Shown piece after piece: positions 39,372 to 52,700 of a stretch of 64,000 nt of DNA. Each line of letters starts with the position of its first letter. Within the stretch, counting starts at the first letter, position 1. Source of the stretch: Rhynchobatus australiae. Taxonomy: Eukaryota. The stretch covers positions 34,282,929 through 34,346,928 of the forward strand of contig JAUZTB010000027.1 in assembly GCA_034780895.1 (NCBI GenBank), given 5' to 3'. Made by a program: the position numbers and the translations under genes. The notes under the pieces are model-generated. The model saw only the letters and a program-made list of their open reading frames with translations, did not search any database and was not told where the DNA came from.

Positions 39372-42300
39372 AAATGAATTTTGTGAAAGTGACTTAAAAC
39401 ATGTATTGAGTGCTGTTTGAAACACAGTGCATGTCCAGGCTCCTTTTTGAAAGTTTGCCATATGCATGGAACAACAAGACCCAAACTAGCATGCCGTAAT
39501 AACCATGGAGCAAATACCAAACCCATTCAGTGATCAAATTTTTGATTAAATTCCATTGTGTAGCAAACAAAAACATTACACTGCACAGATGAATTTCCAG
39601 ACCAGAGACTTACAGCAGAAATTTGGGATACAATCTGTGTTCACAAACATAAATGCAACAGAGAAAAAGTTTCTCTGTTGTAGAAGGTAGAGAACAAGTT
39701 AGCTTTCTATTGTGTTCTCTCCCTTGTGTTTTGTGGGAATTATTTCAAGATGTTTCAGCTCATCACTTTGAATTTTGTTCTTCATTTTAGCAGCATATAT
39801 ATCACCCAGGTGGTCATTCTTCACAAATGCATCTAATGGCAAGCTGGAGATCATCATAGGCAAATGTAACACTGATCCTACCTGATAAGTACATAGATTT
39901 CCAGTGGGAATCACAGTATGTAGCCAACCAACAATCTGTCCTCTACTTGGTCTAAGAGTGCGGAAGTAACACTGATGGAGATTCACAAATTGAGCACAGA
40001 CTGGACTTCAGATCTAGGACATTCTGATTCATATCACTTGTTAGCAAAGGGGAATAGAGTATTTTAGCATAAACAATTCAGCAAACTGAGTCTTAAGAGC
40101 NNNNNNNNNNNNNNNNNNNNNNNNNNNNNNNNNNNNNNNNNNNNNNNNNNNNNNNNNNNNNNNNNNNNNNNNNNNNNNNNNNNNNNNNNNNNNNNNNNNN
40201 NNNNNNNNNNNNNNNNNNNNNNNNNNNNNNNNNNNNNNNNNNNNNNNNNNNNNNNNNNNNNNNNNNNNNNNNNNNNNNNNNNNNNNNNNNGAAAATGCAC
40301 AGAAGCTTTGGCTTTCAACTCAAAAATGCATTTTTGAAAAATACTGATTTAAACCTTTACTCTCCTCTTGATAACAGTTCAACTGTGATATGTACATGTC
40401 ATCTTTAAAGTATGGAGCTAATTGATGGATGTGTCGAGCTCTTTTTGAGGTGAACAGGGCAGATAAATAAAAAGCCTATATTACATAAATCTATGCTGCC
40501 AACATCAAAGCAGCAGGATCCCACTAAGTGTATTTGGATAATGCAGTAATTTATGCAAAAGTGGCTTGAGTTAGGCAGGTTTGTACTGTTCCAACAAAGC
40601 ACCTTTGATAAATACCCCTAATTTATTGTCATGTACCTTAAATCAAAGTAAAACATTTACAGCCTGTGTGTTGAAGTAATACAGAAGTCCCATCAGTTCA
40701 AGGAATGCAGGGGCTTAATTTTTCAAAAAAATCTCAGGGCCAGTATTGAAAGTTAAGATTACAAAATTCATAAAACTGAATGCTAATGTATTATGCATTT
40801 TGGATTGAAAAACTAAACAGGGATTTTAATAAAAGGTATTTTCTTTTACTGGCTTGAAAATTTGTTATTAAACCATGAGCTGTCAAAAAATGTATGCATT
40901 TCTCTTAATGCATCAGTCAAAAGAAAAAAGGTGTCAAAGTTAAGTGCTCAGACATTATTTAAAGACTGATAAATATTTTTAGAATCTGTTAGATGTAGTT
41001 CTTGGGTAAGTGGAGAATTTGAGAGATGCAGCATTCTTGGGCTAGTAAAGATTTTGATATATTTAAAAAGTAACTCAAGCTAGTGAAACAAAAACAGACT
41101 GTTCTTTACACTTGGGAATACAGATTTAGACAAATTCCCTAATTTGCACTCTTCCATCAAGGGAGAGTTTAATTTCAGACATAATCTGATAACATCTGGT
41201 CCACTGCTTGCAAAGAAAAAGCTGATCTTAGCGTGATCTTATTGGAGGGAGGGAATGTTTTGTGAACAGACTCGGAGATCAAAAAACTGTGTTGGGGAGG
41301 GGGATGATCTCACTGGTATACAGAATGTTGTGTTAGATAGAAAGGGAAATTCAAAATTAATTGCTTTTATTTTGTTTGAGAACTGAAATTGCAAAGTCCT
41401 TGCATTAAATGAAGAAATGCAGTTTTGGCTGTACAAGTTTTATTTTTCAAAATTGTGTTTTCAATTTCATTTATGATCGAGTAGGCCCCTAATGTCATCT
41501 TCACAATTTAATTTAATTTAACCACACACAGCTTTTATAACATTAGAACATACTTCCATTGCGTGCACTTCACTTCTCTGTGCAAAGTTAAATAAAAAGC
41601 AGAGTATGGTTTGAAATACCACATGTGCTAGCCAGTACATAATAGTATTAAAGTTGTGTCTGGAATGTCCAACTGTGTCATAGAAAGCCTGAAAATTTCA
41701 AATAATCATACACAGTTTACACTTACACATGGCTTAAGGTCCTGGACAATGTGAATTGCATGCACTAGATATTATTTTTGCCAATGATACTTTATTACAA
41801 CTACCTGATCTGCACTGAATTTGTTCACTTAGGATGTTTGGTATACTTTTATTCCATACCAGTGATTAGGGATCAGGCTGCAGTTGGGGAACAAGGCTAT
41901 TTGACAGGGAATGGAGCACATTGCATTACTGGGAGAAAAACTGTGCTGGGGTAGCAAATGTGGAGCACATGTGGGACAGAGATGTGGGGCACTGCAGGGC
42001 CAAGAAGCAGAGAGAGCAGCATGGGAGCATCACGAGTTGGACAGAAGAAGCATAATTTCTAAATTAAAACCACTCAAGTTGGAGAGTGCAAAGGACCTGA
42101 TGGCAACTGTTCAGTCAGAATTCTTTCCCCTGAACCTAATTCCCAATTGAAACACAAATTCAGAAGAAACATTTCTGTTTATCCAATCAGAATATCAGGA
42201 ACAATGCTTTTATTATGGATGACAGCAAAACTGACCGTGCTTGGAGTATGCCATGTTTTCCCAATTGTAAGTGCTGCTTGTACTCTGCCAATTATCAGTT

Positions 42301-44364
42301 TAAAAGAAATATTTCTGCAAATTTTAGTGCACCCCATTGGCAGGTACATTATGATTTTCAATTCTGGGAGGTTGTTATTCTGGGTGGAGCTTTCTCCTTC
42401 TGTTAAGATCCTGCAAATTAGTCAACTTTATGGGTGTCCAGATCATTGTCTTAATTTTTCATGTTATAATTATTAACCAGAATACTCATTTTGTAATCCT
42501 TTAGCTGGAGATCTGCATTGCAAATTCCAAAAGGAAAGAACCTAACACTTTCATTATCATTTCAATATCATTACTGGGCAGCTGGATGACCACTAAAATG
42601 CATTTGAATGAATTAAGTAATTTCATTGGTAGCTTTAGTTTTGCGATTTTTTTTAAAAAAAGAATGCCTTGTAAGAATTGATTGATTGTTTTGCCATTGT
42701 GTCTTGCTGCTTTCTAATGTGTACATTACAGCAAAATTAGGATTGTTAAAAGCAGAAAATAGGCTTTGAACTCATGTTGGGGCGGGGGGGGTGGGGAGAG
42801 ATAAAAACATAAGCCAATATTTCTTGTTTGAACACATCTGGACTGTACAATTCAAGGTGCAATGAATGTTATCTGCACAAATTAAACAGACATGCAACTT
42901 CATAATTTTGAGCATGACTTATTTAAATTTTCACCCTTAGAGTTTGTAGGCCAATCTATAATAGATATTACTAGCCTGCCAAATAATGGCACAGACACCA
43001 AATATTTGGTCACTTTACAGACTAAACCATAGCTTGAGGCACATTTTACAGTTGCATTGTGGTTGGTAATCTGATTTTGGTTTAAGTCTGAATTTTGAGT
43101 CTAATCTACTTCATAATTGGACTAGTGCAAGTAATTCTAAAATGGAATTTGCACCAAACACATTTAATCTTTATTCACAGCAACGTAACAAGCTATACAA
43201 AAAAGGGTTTTTAAACTGAGACAATCTTTTTAAAATGGGTTTGGCTGCACAAAAACCTCTGCAGATCCCAGATTACTCACGAATCATTCTACAGGAGATG
43301 GTTTGGCATTTTGTTCCATTCAAGGCAGTTGACAAATGGTGGGACGAATTGAGAAACAACAATTCTAAAGCAGGTTTTGTTTTCTAGATAAGCACAACTG
43401 ATTTTAGACTCCTTATCTTTTCTGAATGTCCCAAAAATAAATTCTGTATCTTGTGCAATTAACTTCTCCTGTAACAGATTACATTTTCTATGTCTTTCAA
43501 AAGCAAAGAAGCTTCTCATTATTATTATTGCCCCATCTTAAAGAAAAAATCCAGTTACAAGCAGTAACAGTGATTAAGGATGTGCATTCCTTACTATAAA
43601 GTCTTTGAGAACCTTGCTTTAGTAGTTCACAAGAAAGACAAAGAAGCTTTGCTGGGGTCATTGAAAACATATGTGCATTTAATTCTTGTTGCAAAAAGTA
43701 GAAAATGACATTAGCAGGGTTTGACCTTGTAGCAGAACATGGCTTTTTATTTGTACAGGACCAATAGCTCTCTGCCTGCACTGCTTATTGATAGCAGCAG
43801 TTGAAAATCCTATTGTATACATTATCTTAAATTCTTTCTAATTTCTTAATGGCACAATCACACAGATCAAATTTACACCTGAGAAATTTACTGCAGGAAA
43901 AGTGTCTTAAAGTTGATTGCCCCTAGGCCAATACAAATAAAAACTTCATGTTATCTTTCAGTATATTCAGGCAATTCAAATACAAGTTACAAGAAAATAG
44001 TGGACATGATATTGAGGAGTCATCTTTTCACCACTGTGCTCATAGTGTCTGAAGTAGGAGTTGGCAGAAACCCATCTTCAGTTTAAAATTTTATACACTT
44101 GGTTCAAGATAATACTAAAATGTTGAGTGTCAGAAAGACAATTTTGTGAAACAGTTTGCTTTAGTGTTTTTACAGAGTTGAGGGGTGGCATATGGAACTA
44201 ATAATCAGATGGCATCATAACTATGCACGTTCTAATTGAATTCCATTTTTGAAAACCATAATTTAAAATCATTTTATAGCATTATCATCAATATTAGCTA
44301 TGTTGAATGAGTTCTATTTTAACTTTTATTTGGACAAGTATAGCAATGGAATTAAATATTATGA

Positions 44365-45095
44365 TTATCATTGATTATCTGCACTCCTGACCTTATGATG
44401 GAAGGAAGGTCATTGATGAAGCAGCTGAAAATAGTTGTGCCTAGAACACTGCCTGGGGGAACTCTTCCACTGATGCTGTGGGGCTGGGGTAATTGACCTC
44501 CAACAACTACAACCATTTTCCTTTTTCGTGAGGAATGACTCCAGCTACTGGAAAGTTTTCCTTTTGATGCCCTTTGACTTCATTTTAACCAGGGACCCCT
44601 TGATAACACGTGCTGCCTCAACGGCAAGAGAAGTCACTCTCACCTCACCTGTGGAATCCAGCTCTTTGCTCTATATTTGTACTAAGACTGACAAAATCTG
44701 GAGCAGAGTCATTCTGGTAAAAGACAAACTTGTCAATAGCGAGAAGGTTATTGGTGAATAGTACTGTTTGCTAGTACAGTTGATAAAATCTTGTCTCAGT
44801 ATGCTGATGAATGAATATAGAATGTAGTAATTAACCAGATTGGATTTGTCCTGCTTTGGTAAATGGGACACAGCTAGGTAATTTCCCACATTGTCAGGCA
44901 GATTCCAGTGTTGCAATTGTACTAGAAGAGTTTGGCTGGAGGTACAATTGGTTCTGGAGCACAGGTCTTCAGTACCAAAGCTGGGATGTTGGCTTGGCTG
45001 TATCTGGTGCTCTTAGCCACTTCTCAGAATTGTTTGGAGTGAACTATGTCTACTGTGAACTGTCTTGTGATGGTTGGGGTATCAGGAGGGAATCC
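44365..45095 (-). mobile_element. CR1-clade LINE RT fragment (second lineage), degraded
   Basis: Reverse complement of 44390-44465 encodes (G)VP-QGSVLGTTIFSCFINDLPSIIR. Further upstream it carries remnants of PLAKLFQY..NTGI...WEI..V.P...KQDKSN.VNY..ISI. Confidence 0.85.
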
Positions 45096-45224
45096 AAAAG
45101 CATCTCTTATACTTAAATTGGCACAGGAACAGTCAAGGACAGGAAAGAGCACATTCAGCCCATTGATAATCAGTTTTTAAAAAAAATACAAGTTTTGGAG
45201 GTATAGGGAACTGTGAGGAGTATT

Positions 45225-45680
45225 GTAATAGATTTCAAGGATGTAAACACAGGCCTGTGGAATGGACAGATAAGTGAGAAGTGTCGTGTTTTGGTCAGAA
45301 GAACACGAGGCAATATCAGCCAAAGAGCACCATTCTAACAGGGGTAGCTCGAAGAACATGGCAGGGCAGTTTGAGAAAGTGGCTAAAGTCATGGTAAGCT
45401 TCATGAAGAGGCACAAGTAGTAATGATGAACCTTCATAACATACTGGCTTGGCCACAGATGGAGTATTGTGTCCCATTCTGGTGCCAGGGAAGATGTAGA
45501 GGATGCAGAAGAGATGTACTAAGATGATTCCAAGGCAGAGCGTTTATGTTGGCAGACTGGAAATAATAGGGTTGTTCTTCCTGGAAGAGGAGGATACAAG
45601 GAGATGAGGGACATTTAAAATAAAGGGTTTAGATGAAGTAGAGGGAGAGAAATTGGTCCAATTGCTAGAATAGTCAAGAA
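45225..45680 (+). mobile_element. CR1 LINE fragment, highly degraded
   Basis: acactggcttggccacagatggagtattgtgtcccattctgg is a decayed TLVRPQLEYCVQFW. Also gcagaagagatgtactaagatgattcca (QKRFTRMIP). Confidence 0.75.
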
Positions 45681-46049
45681 TAAGAAAATAGGGAATGAAG
45701 GAGATTGGCGAAAACAAAAAAAAGGGTCAATGAAGGTTTTGCACTGGAGACAGATCAGACTAATGTTCAAATGAGCAGAGCAAGTATCTGGAAAGGAAAG
45801 TATTTTCAGGATAGAGGGAACAGGACCATGTATACAAGTGCAATTCTCTTGCATAGATCCAGTAGAGATTCAATGGAACTCCTCCTGTTACAACCACTGC
45901 AATTCTGAATTATTTCNNNNNNNNNNNNNNNNNNNNNNNNNNCACATTCATCTCTCAAAATCCCTGAACATATTAATTTGTCTCTCATTTTACAAATTAG
46001 CTTATACCCAACCCCCAAAACAGCACATGCTTATTACAATCTGTTATTT

Positions 46050-46310
46050 CTATTAAGTAGCCCCATTCCACCAGCTGGACTTGCTTTCATATAATATGTG
46101 CCAAGACAACTTATCGTTTAGTAAACCTCAGTGAAGCACTGCCTTAACCTTCTATCTGGGAAGTAGAGGTTAAATATTCACCACCTTTCCTGATAAAATG
46201 TCCCTTTCTATTTGTGATAATTCTTTTGCTACCTCTTGATTCACCCAAATCTTAAGTGACCAAGATTGAACATAGTCTTCCAAGTGCAACCCAACCTTCC
46301 ATAATAAAAA
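46050..46310 (-). mobile_element. CR1 remnant
   Basis: gaccaagattgaacatagtcttccaagtgc is the reverse complement of HLE..VQ.W; ttcaccacctttcctgataaaatg is UTR-proximal. Confidence 0.45.
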
Positions 46311-46320
46311 AGCCTCCTTT

Positions 46321-47863
46321 AGTCTTTATTGTCTGGCCACATGCATCAAATTAATCTGTTATAAACACACCTGGGTGTAATGAAATTCTTTGCTCGTGTG
46401 AATATTCAAGTAAACAGTATACATGGTAAGAAAATAAACAATAAATACAGCAATGAGTGCAAAACAGAATGGTACACAGTTAGTAGTGCAAAAGAAATGA
46501 AGTGACAATAACAAAATAACCAAGATGTAGAATTAAGAATCTGAAAATGCGGCAGCATCACCAGGAAGGTAATATGAAAGAGGTGATTGGTTCAGAAGTC
46601 TAATAGCAGTGGGGAAGAAGCTGTTACAGTCTGGTCATCTGGGCTTACAAGACCCATTTTCTTCCAGAAGGAAGAGGAGAAAGAAAATGGAATGGACAGA
46701 GTGGCAGGCATCCTTGACTATACTATTAGCCTTCCTGAAGCAACAGGAAGTTGCAGCACAGACAAGGGCCGAATGGCCTGTTTACTGTGCTGTAGTGTTC
46801 TATGGTTCTAACGCACCATGAAGATGGATTGGATTGAAGTGTGATGGACAAGGCAGTGTTTACCATTTACTGCAGGTTCCTTTAGTCCAGGATGGAGCAG
46901 ATGCCATACCAAGCTGAGATGCAACCCATAAGGGCAATTTCTATCATGTATTTGCAGAAGTTCAAGAGAATCCTTGTGGACAAGCTAAATCTTCTCAGAT
47001 GCCAAAGAAAGTACATGTACTGATGTGCTTTCTTCATCACTGGATAAGTTTGGAGGGATCAGGTGAGGTTGCTGATAATATAGATGTTTAGAAGCTTGAA
47101 GCTGTTGACCATCTCTACAGCAGCTCTGTTAATGAGCCAGTGTTGCATTCACTCACCATTTCCTCAGGTCAATAACCAGCTCTTTTGTCTTGCTGATGTT
47201 AAGGGCCAGGTTACTGTTCTGACACCATGACATTGTTTATCATCTCTTCCCTGTACTTCATCTCATCATTGTCATATGCCACACCAACAACAATGATGTC
47301 AGGGAACTTGAAGACAGTTTGCGCTGCATCTAGCCACACAGTCGTGGGTATACAAGGAGTAGAGCAAGGGACTGCACGCAACCCTGGAGAGCACCAGTAT
47401 TAAGGGTCAGGGTGGATGAAAAGTTATAACCAAATCTAACCAACTGAGGTCTACTGGTCAGAAAGTCCAGAAGTCAGTTTTGGATGAGAGCCCCAAGATA
47501 TTATTGGGTATTATGGTGTTGAAGGCCAAGCTGTAATTGATGGATAGCATCCTTACATGTAGTCTTATTGTCAAGGTGATCCAGGGCTGAATGTAGTGCA
47601 AGGGAGATGGCATTCTCTGTGTACTCATTTTTCCTACATGCAGGGGGTCTAGTTTGTCTTGGAGACTGGCACTGATGTGGGCCATTACCAGTCTTTCAAA
47701 ACACTACATTATGGTTGATATTAGAGCTACTGGTCAGTAGTCATTGAGACAGGACAATACTTTTCTTGGGGACTAGAATGATGGAGGTTTCCTTGAAGCA
47801 GATGGGAACAGTACACTGTTGAAGAGAGAGATTGAGGATGTCAGTAAAGGCAGTGGTCAGTTG
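46321..47863 (-). mobile_element. Rex1/Babar LINE, 5'-truncated, RT domain pseudogene
   Basis: Minus strand encodes [91 protein letters not shown] and KF.D. It carries stops and frameshifts, with a 3' end near ctttattgtc (AATAAA on minus). Confidence 0.92.
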
Positions 47864-49617
47864 CTTAATCATATCATTTGCTTTTTCTTTTAAAAAAACT
47901 GCTTTGCCACTGTCCAGATAATGAAATGTTTGGTCTACCATTGCATCCAAGATCCTTTCAGAATCTCTCTGCTCATTGGTTACATTCTTCACACATGTTT
48001 TTTACCCAATTTACAAGACTCCACATTTGTTAGTATCAAAATTACTTTGCTATTTATTCTCCCAAATTATTTGTTAGTTGTCAGGTTAATTCCTTTCTAG
48101 TGTGATTCAGTAATTTGCCTTAACTTTGGAATAGCAACTACCTCTCACAGCACCAGAATGAGGTTACAATTTCAATGTCAACCTTGCTTATAACCTTAAG
48201 ATTACTGACTTGGTTCCAACTCGTTCAATTATGAGCAGTTTTCTGCTCAATAGTAAATAAAGAATCCAGTTTAGTTCATTTCAGAACCCTTTCCACCCAA
48301 TCAGATCAAGCAAGATTCAAAGTAATGGCCTGAATTGGAAAGGACAGCAGAATAATATACTTTGCTGCTCTATCCCCTGCTGTTATTTGTGAGCACTGTT
48401 CTATTCTTTGCCTTTCAGTTTGGTTGTGAAGGTTTGCAGGCTTGATAGTTTGCCACTTGCACAGATCTTTCCTATTAATTTCTGTGGTATTAAATTCCTG
48501 TCTGTAGCAAGCTGTTCCATTTAATAAACACTTTTCTTCCCACCTGCAGTGCACCCCAGTAATCCAAAGTGAACTTGTACTCTTTGCCCCTTAACACTTA
48601 TTAGAGAGTGACCCATGTTCAGACAACAAAAGGTGTGGAATGCAGTGAAGGTCTATTCTTAGGAGGTGAGCATTAAATAATGGGCATTCTCACTTCGATG
48701 TCAGATGCATTTCTTGGTTTTCCAATGTGGGATGCAATTGGCAGCTCTCAGAATTTTATATGCTTTAATCAAACATAGCACTGTAGTTTACAGATTAGTT
48801 TAACAAACACTAACCCCTTGAGATCAATTTTTGGCTAAAGGAAGGATGTACTTATATTCACACATTTGCATCTGTGTGAAGTGATTTCTGATGCAAAGCA
48901 ATGCAAAAGTGATAAGTTTAACACAGGAATCAGCTCCCACAGGAATTTCATCAAGGGAACCATTTCACACCATTTGGGCTGGACATTGCACATAGCATCT
49001 AATTCTGGTACATTTTGACGTGAAGTTTTCAAAGTGGATCTCCATGGCTCTTCCCCAGTTTGCAGAAGTCTTCTGTAATACATTTATTGAGAAAGGATCA
49101 GTCTATTTAAAATTCACCAAGGGCCAAGGTTTGTACAGTACAGGCCATTAGTATGTGATTTGCAACTTGGATACAACTCATTTCTTTGAGGCTATGAATG
49201 AACTTTTAATCCAGTGCATTATAAATGTGAGCTGTTGTCAATACAGCCAAGATTTACGTAACAAAACAAATGCAAACAGATGTTTTACAGCCAGTGAAAT
49301 ACCCTTGAAAATGTATTTATTGGAACAATGTAGGAACCAGACCAGCTAATTTGTACACACTAGTCTTCCACATATAGCAATATGATACTGACCATTTAAT
49401 GGGCCCTCCAGAGTTTGCCAAGATATTGGATCATTCCCACACCATGTCATAATTCCCATCATAACTTTTATCCTTTCCTTGTCCTCAGTCTGCTTCTCCC
49501 ATGACCACATTCAATGGTTCACTCTCCCAACATTACTGGCAAGCTCTCAAACAGCCATTGGAAATCCTCTTTTGTAAGACCAAATGAGAGATATGTGTCA
49601 CTGTACAATTTCCTTGC

Positions 49618-49765
49618 AGAAGGTGGCACCTCTGACAGTGTAGTATTCATTCAGTACAGTACTCAAGGGGCAGCTTAGATTTCTGTCCAAGTCTCCAGGG
49701 TGGGACTTGAACTCACAACCTTCTGACTTGTATGCAAGATTGTCTACTATAGCCAACGGTGAACA
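49618..49765 (-). mobile_element. SacSINE1/DeuSINE-like 5' (tRNA head) fragment
   Basis: ggcacctctgacagtgtagtattc..tcagtac...caagtctccagggtgggacttgaactcacaaccttctgact; B-box GAGTTCAAGTCC on minus strand. Confidence 0.8.
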
Positions 49766-52700
49766 TAGCGTCTGTGATACGCGAGAAGTATAGGGCCTAG
49801 AAATTCAATATCACAACACCTCCTTTCCTCTCTGCATTAAACAATTGGGGAAAGATTGTTTTTCCTCCTCTCAACTGAAACAAAATAACAGCCATTTCTA
49901 GAGTCATTCCAGATATCCTACTGGGGACTAGCATCTGCAAGCCCCTTATGCCTTGGTACCCATTCCATTATTGAGGTACATGGGGTGATGTCATTCTCCA
50001 TGCAACACTTTTGAGCATTCTTAGGCAAACAATGGCACATTCAGTCTTTGGGCCCACCAGCATAACATGTTCTTCCAAGTGCATTACTAGGACACCCAAC
50101 AGAAAATAAATTACTTTTCATCTTTTGCCATCACCTCACTAACTTGGATCCTCACCATCCCCAACTCCAGGATGATCCATCAACACCAGTATCTCTCCAC
50201 CCATTATTCACCTGTGTTACTATCCTCATTTTCCCTCCCCACCCATCCAATGGTACTGGTGCTTGAACCAATCATGACACCTAGTTCCCACCATCCTGCT
50301 CAAAGCAGAGATCTGATCAGGACTCCAGCCCTCCTGAACTTTGCTTCAGAACAGCATGTCATTGAACAGGAAGTGTGCGAAACTGAAGTTCACTGAAGGG
50401 AGCAGTAACCATAAGGGTCATGGGCTCCCTCATTGCTACATTCTTTAAGATAACTTGGCATAACTGGGCCAATCTATTTTATAAACATCATCCTTCATTT
50501 GTTGTTTTGATACTTTCCATCAAATTAATTTTGCAAACTTTTCTATATGAATACAAGTACTTTTTTAAAAAGCCCATTTTCCAACACAGGTACCAAAAAC
50601 TGATTTACTTGGCCTTTTACTTTGTTTGTTCACCAACGTCTTCTGGAGAACACTGGATCTTGGAATTATTGGAAGTGTACTAGTTAATCTGATCAACACT
50701 GACCCTTGCATACTGTTGTTGAGGACTGTGCATCAGGATGGAACAGGTGAAATTGCACTTGACCCATTGTCATCCAACTGAATGTACTATGTGGTACATC
50801 ATCCAAGCCTCCAGCCCCTGTACTATTGTTCTTCTGTTCATTCATTGCAAAGCAGCAACTTTCATTTCAAGAAACCCAGGGAATAAAAACAACTGTTACC
50901 ATGTTCACCAGAAACTCACTATTGTTCCTCACCATCACCTAATCATACAAGCTTTTTGCAGCTACGTGGTTAACCTTTAATAGAGAGACTTCATCTTGGA
51001 AGGAGCACGGTGAATTGAATGGAATCCAAGATATCCCAAACAGATATTTTACAATAGCTCCAATGCAGAAAGCACCCTCATTTCATTTAGTGCACACATG
51101 AAACTCTAAACCATAGCCAAATAGACCATGGACAGTTGAGTGTACAAGTGGAAAATTAAAGTCTTCTCCAGAATGACTACAAAAACACAAAAATTCAATG
51201 TCAATTCCACAAATATAAAAAGGAGGTAACAGCACTAGACTTTGCTACTCCCAATACATTTGTCTGGCTGAATCAGGTGCAAAAGAACAGTTACCATTTT
51301 ACATCCACATTATGAAAAAAAAAGGTAAAATTACATAAAAGAACAACTATTCTGTGTGGGGCAGTTAGAAGTACCTGTTTTAAGTTCTCACCACAATCAA
51401 GTAACTCATTTTATGAGCATGCATTTCAGAAAACAAATCACAGGCCTAGGATTTTCCACTTCATGCAGGACATCTTACCAGTGGCAAGAAATCTAAATAT
51501 TTAAGTATTGGTAGGCTATTTGACAGGCGAATCACTAAACTCAAACTTCTATTTCCATAAAGGACACACAGAACAATTATTCATAAAAGGAACCCTAACT
51601 GAATTTTATATTCCAATTTCATCAAGGTTACTTGGTGACCATGTGCCTTTCTGGCTTGAATATACTTTTAAATTAAATTAACATTTTCACTTTTCAAAAT
51701 TCATCTTGTAACAGTTCAATGAAGATACAAGATCAACATTTTCTGGTCTGATTATTAGAATGTATTCAGATATTGGTCAGATTAAGACCAACCTGACAAC
51801 ATTTTGGTCTGCTTAATAACTTGTACTACAACATATAAAATAAAATTTCAACAATAATCTTACAGCATCTCCAGGCTGCTCATACCTCACTGTGGAATCC
51901 AGTGCTGCAGTGATTTGCTCACTTTCTGTGGTGCACTTCAAAGGGTGAAAAGAACTTCAATAGCTTTTTAAAAATAATCTAAAAGAACATATTCCACTCT
52001 CTTCCTGGCTTGAGAGTGAAGTCACAGGAACATGCTACTTTAAATAGAATCATTTCAGCAAGGTTGAATTCATTAACAATCACAAATTGCAGCTCAGCCA
52101 ATGAAAATACGCCAGAAATAATCCTGCTGAGCCATTTGTTAAACTGCTAATGAAGCACTTAATGAGCTGAAATCTATAAAGCGTTGCTAATGCTACCATG
52201 TAGTGTGCATGCCTCTGTTGTGCTCCTCACACTGCACCCACCCACCCCCAAACCCTTTGGTTGGCTCAGCTGACTGTGTGGGAAATTCAGCATACCCAGA
52301 AGGCACCTGCTTTGCCACTTAACCCTATGTTGCCAGCCATACTTTCAGTGAGAAAACTATGCAGACCATTAAAAGTAGAGTTTTGTGCTTGCCATTTGAT
52401 AGAGTTTATCAACAGTTCTGAGATGTAGAGTTATTACAGATTTGTAAACTGGTGATGATAGTGTATGATAGATCAAGACATACCTCAACATATGTCAACT
52501 GGTATAAGAGAGCTGTTTCGTCCAGCCAAATAGAAAATAGAATCGGGTTGCACCACTGGGATTTGGGATGCCTTCAAAGCTTGTTTATGATAACTGCAAA
52601 AATTTCATCCTTTTTGTCCCAAGTAATAGTGCTGAGGGATTAAACTGAGTACAGGGAGAAATATTACATTTCACTTTCCTCTTTCCCTATTTCCTTTCAA

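Noticed and set aside
38922-39377. 151-aa ORF in a GC-richer patch
   Set aside because: No domain similarity I can recognise, overlapping ORFs on both strands reflect local GC content, and it ends in a C-run.
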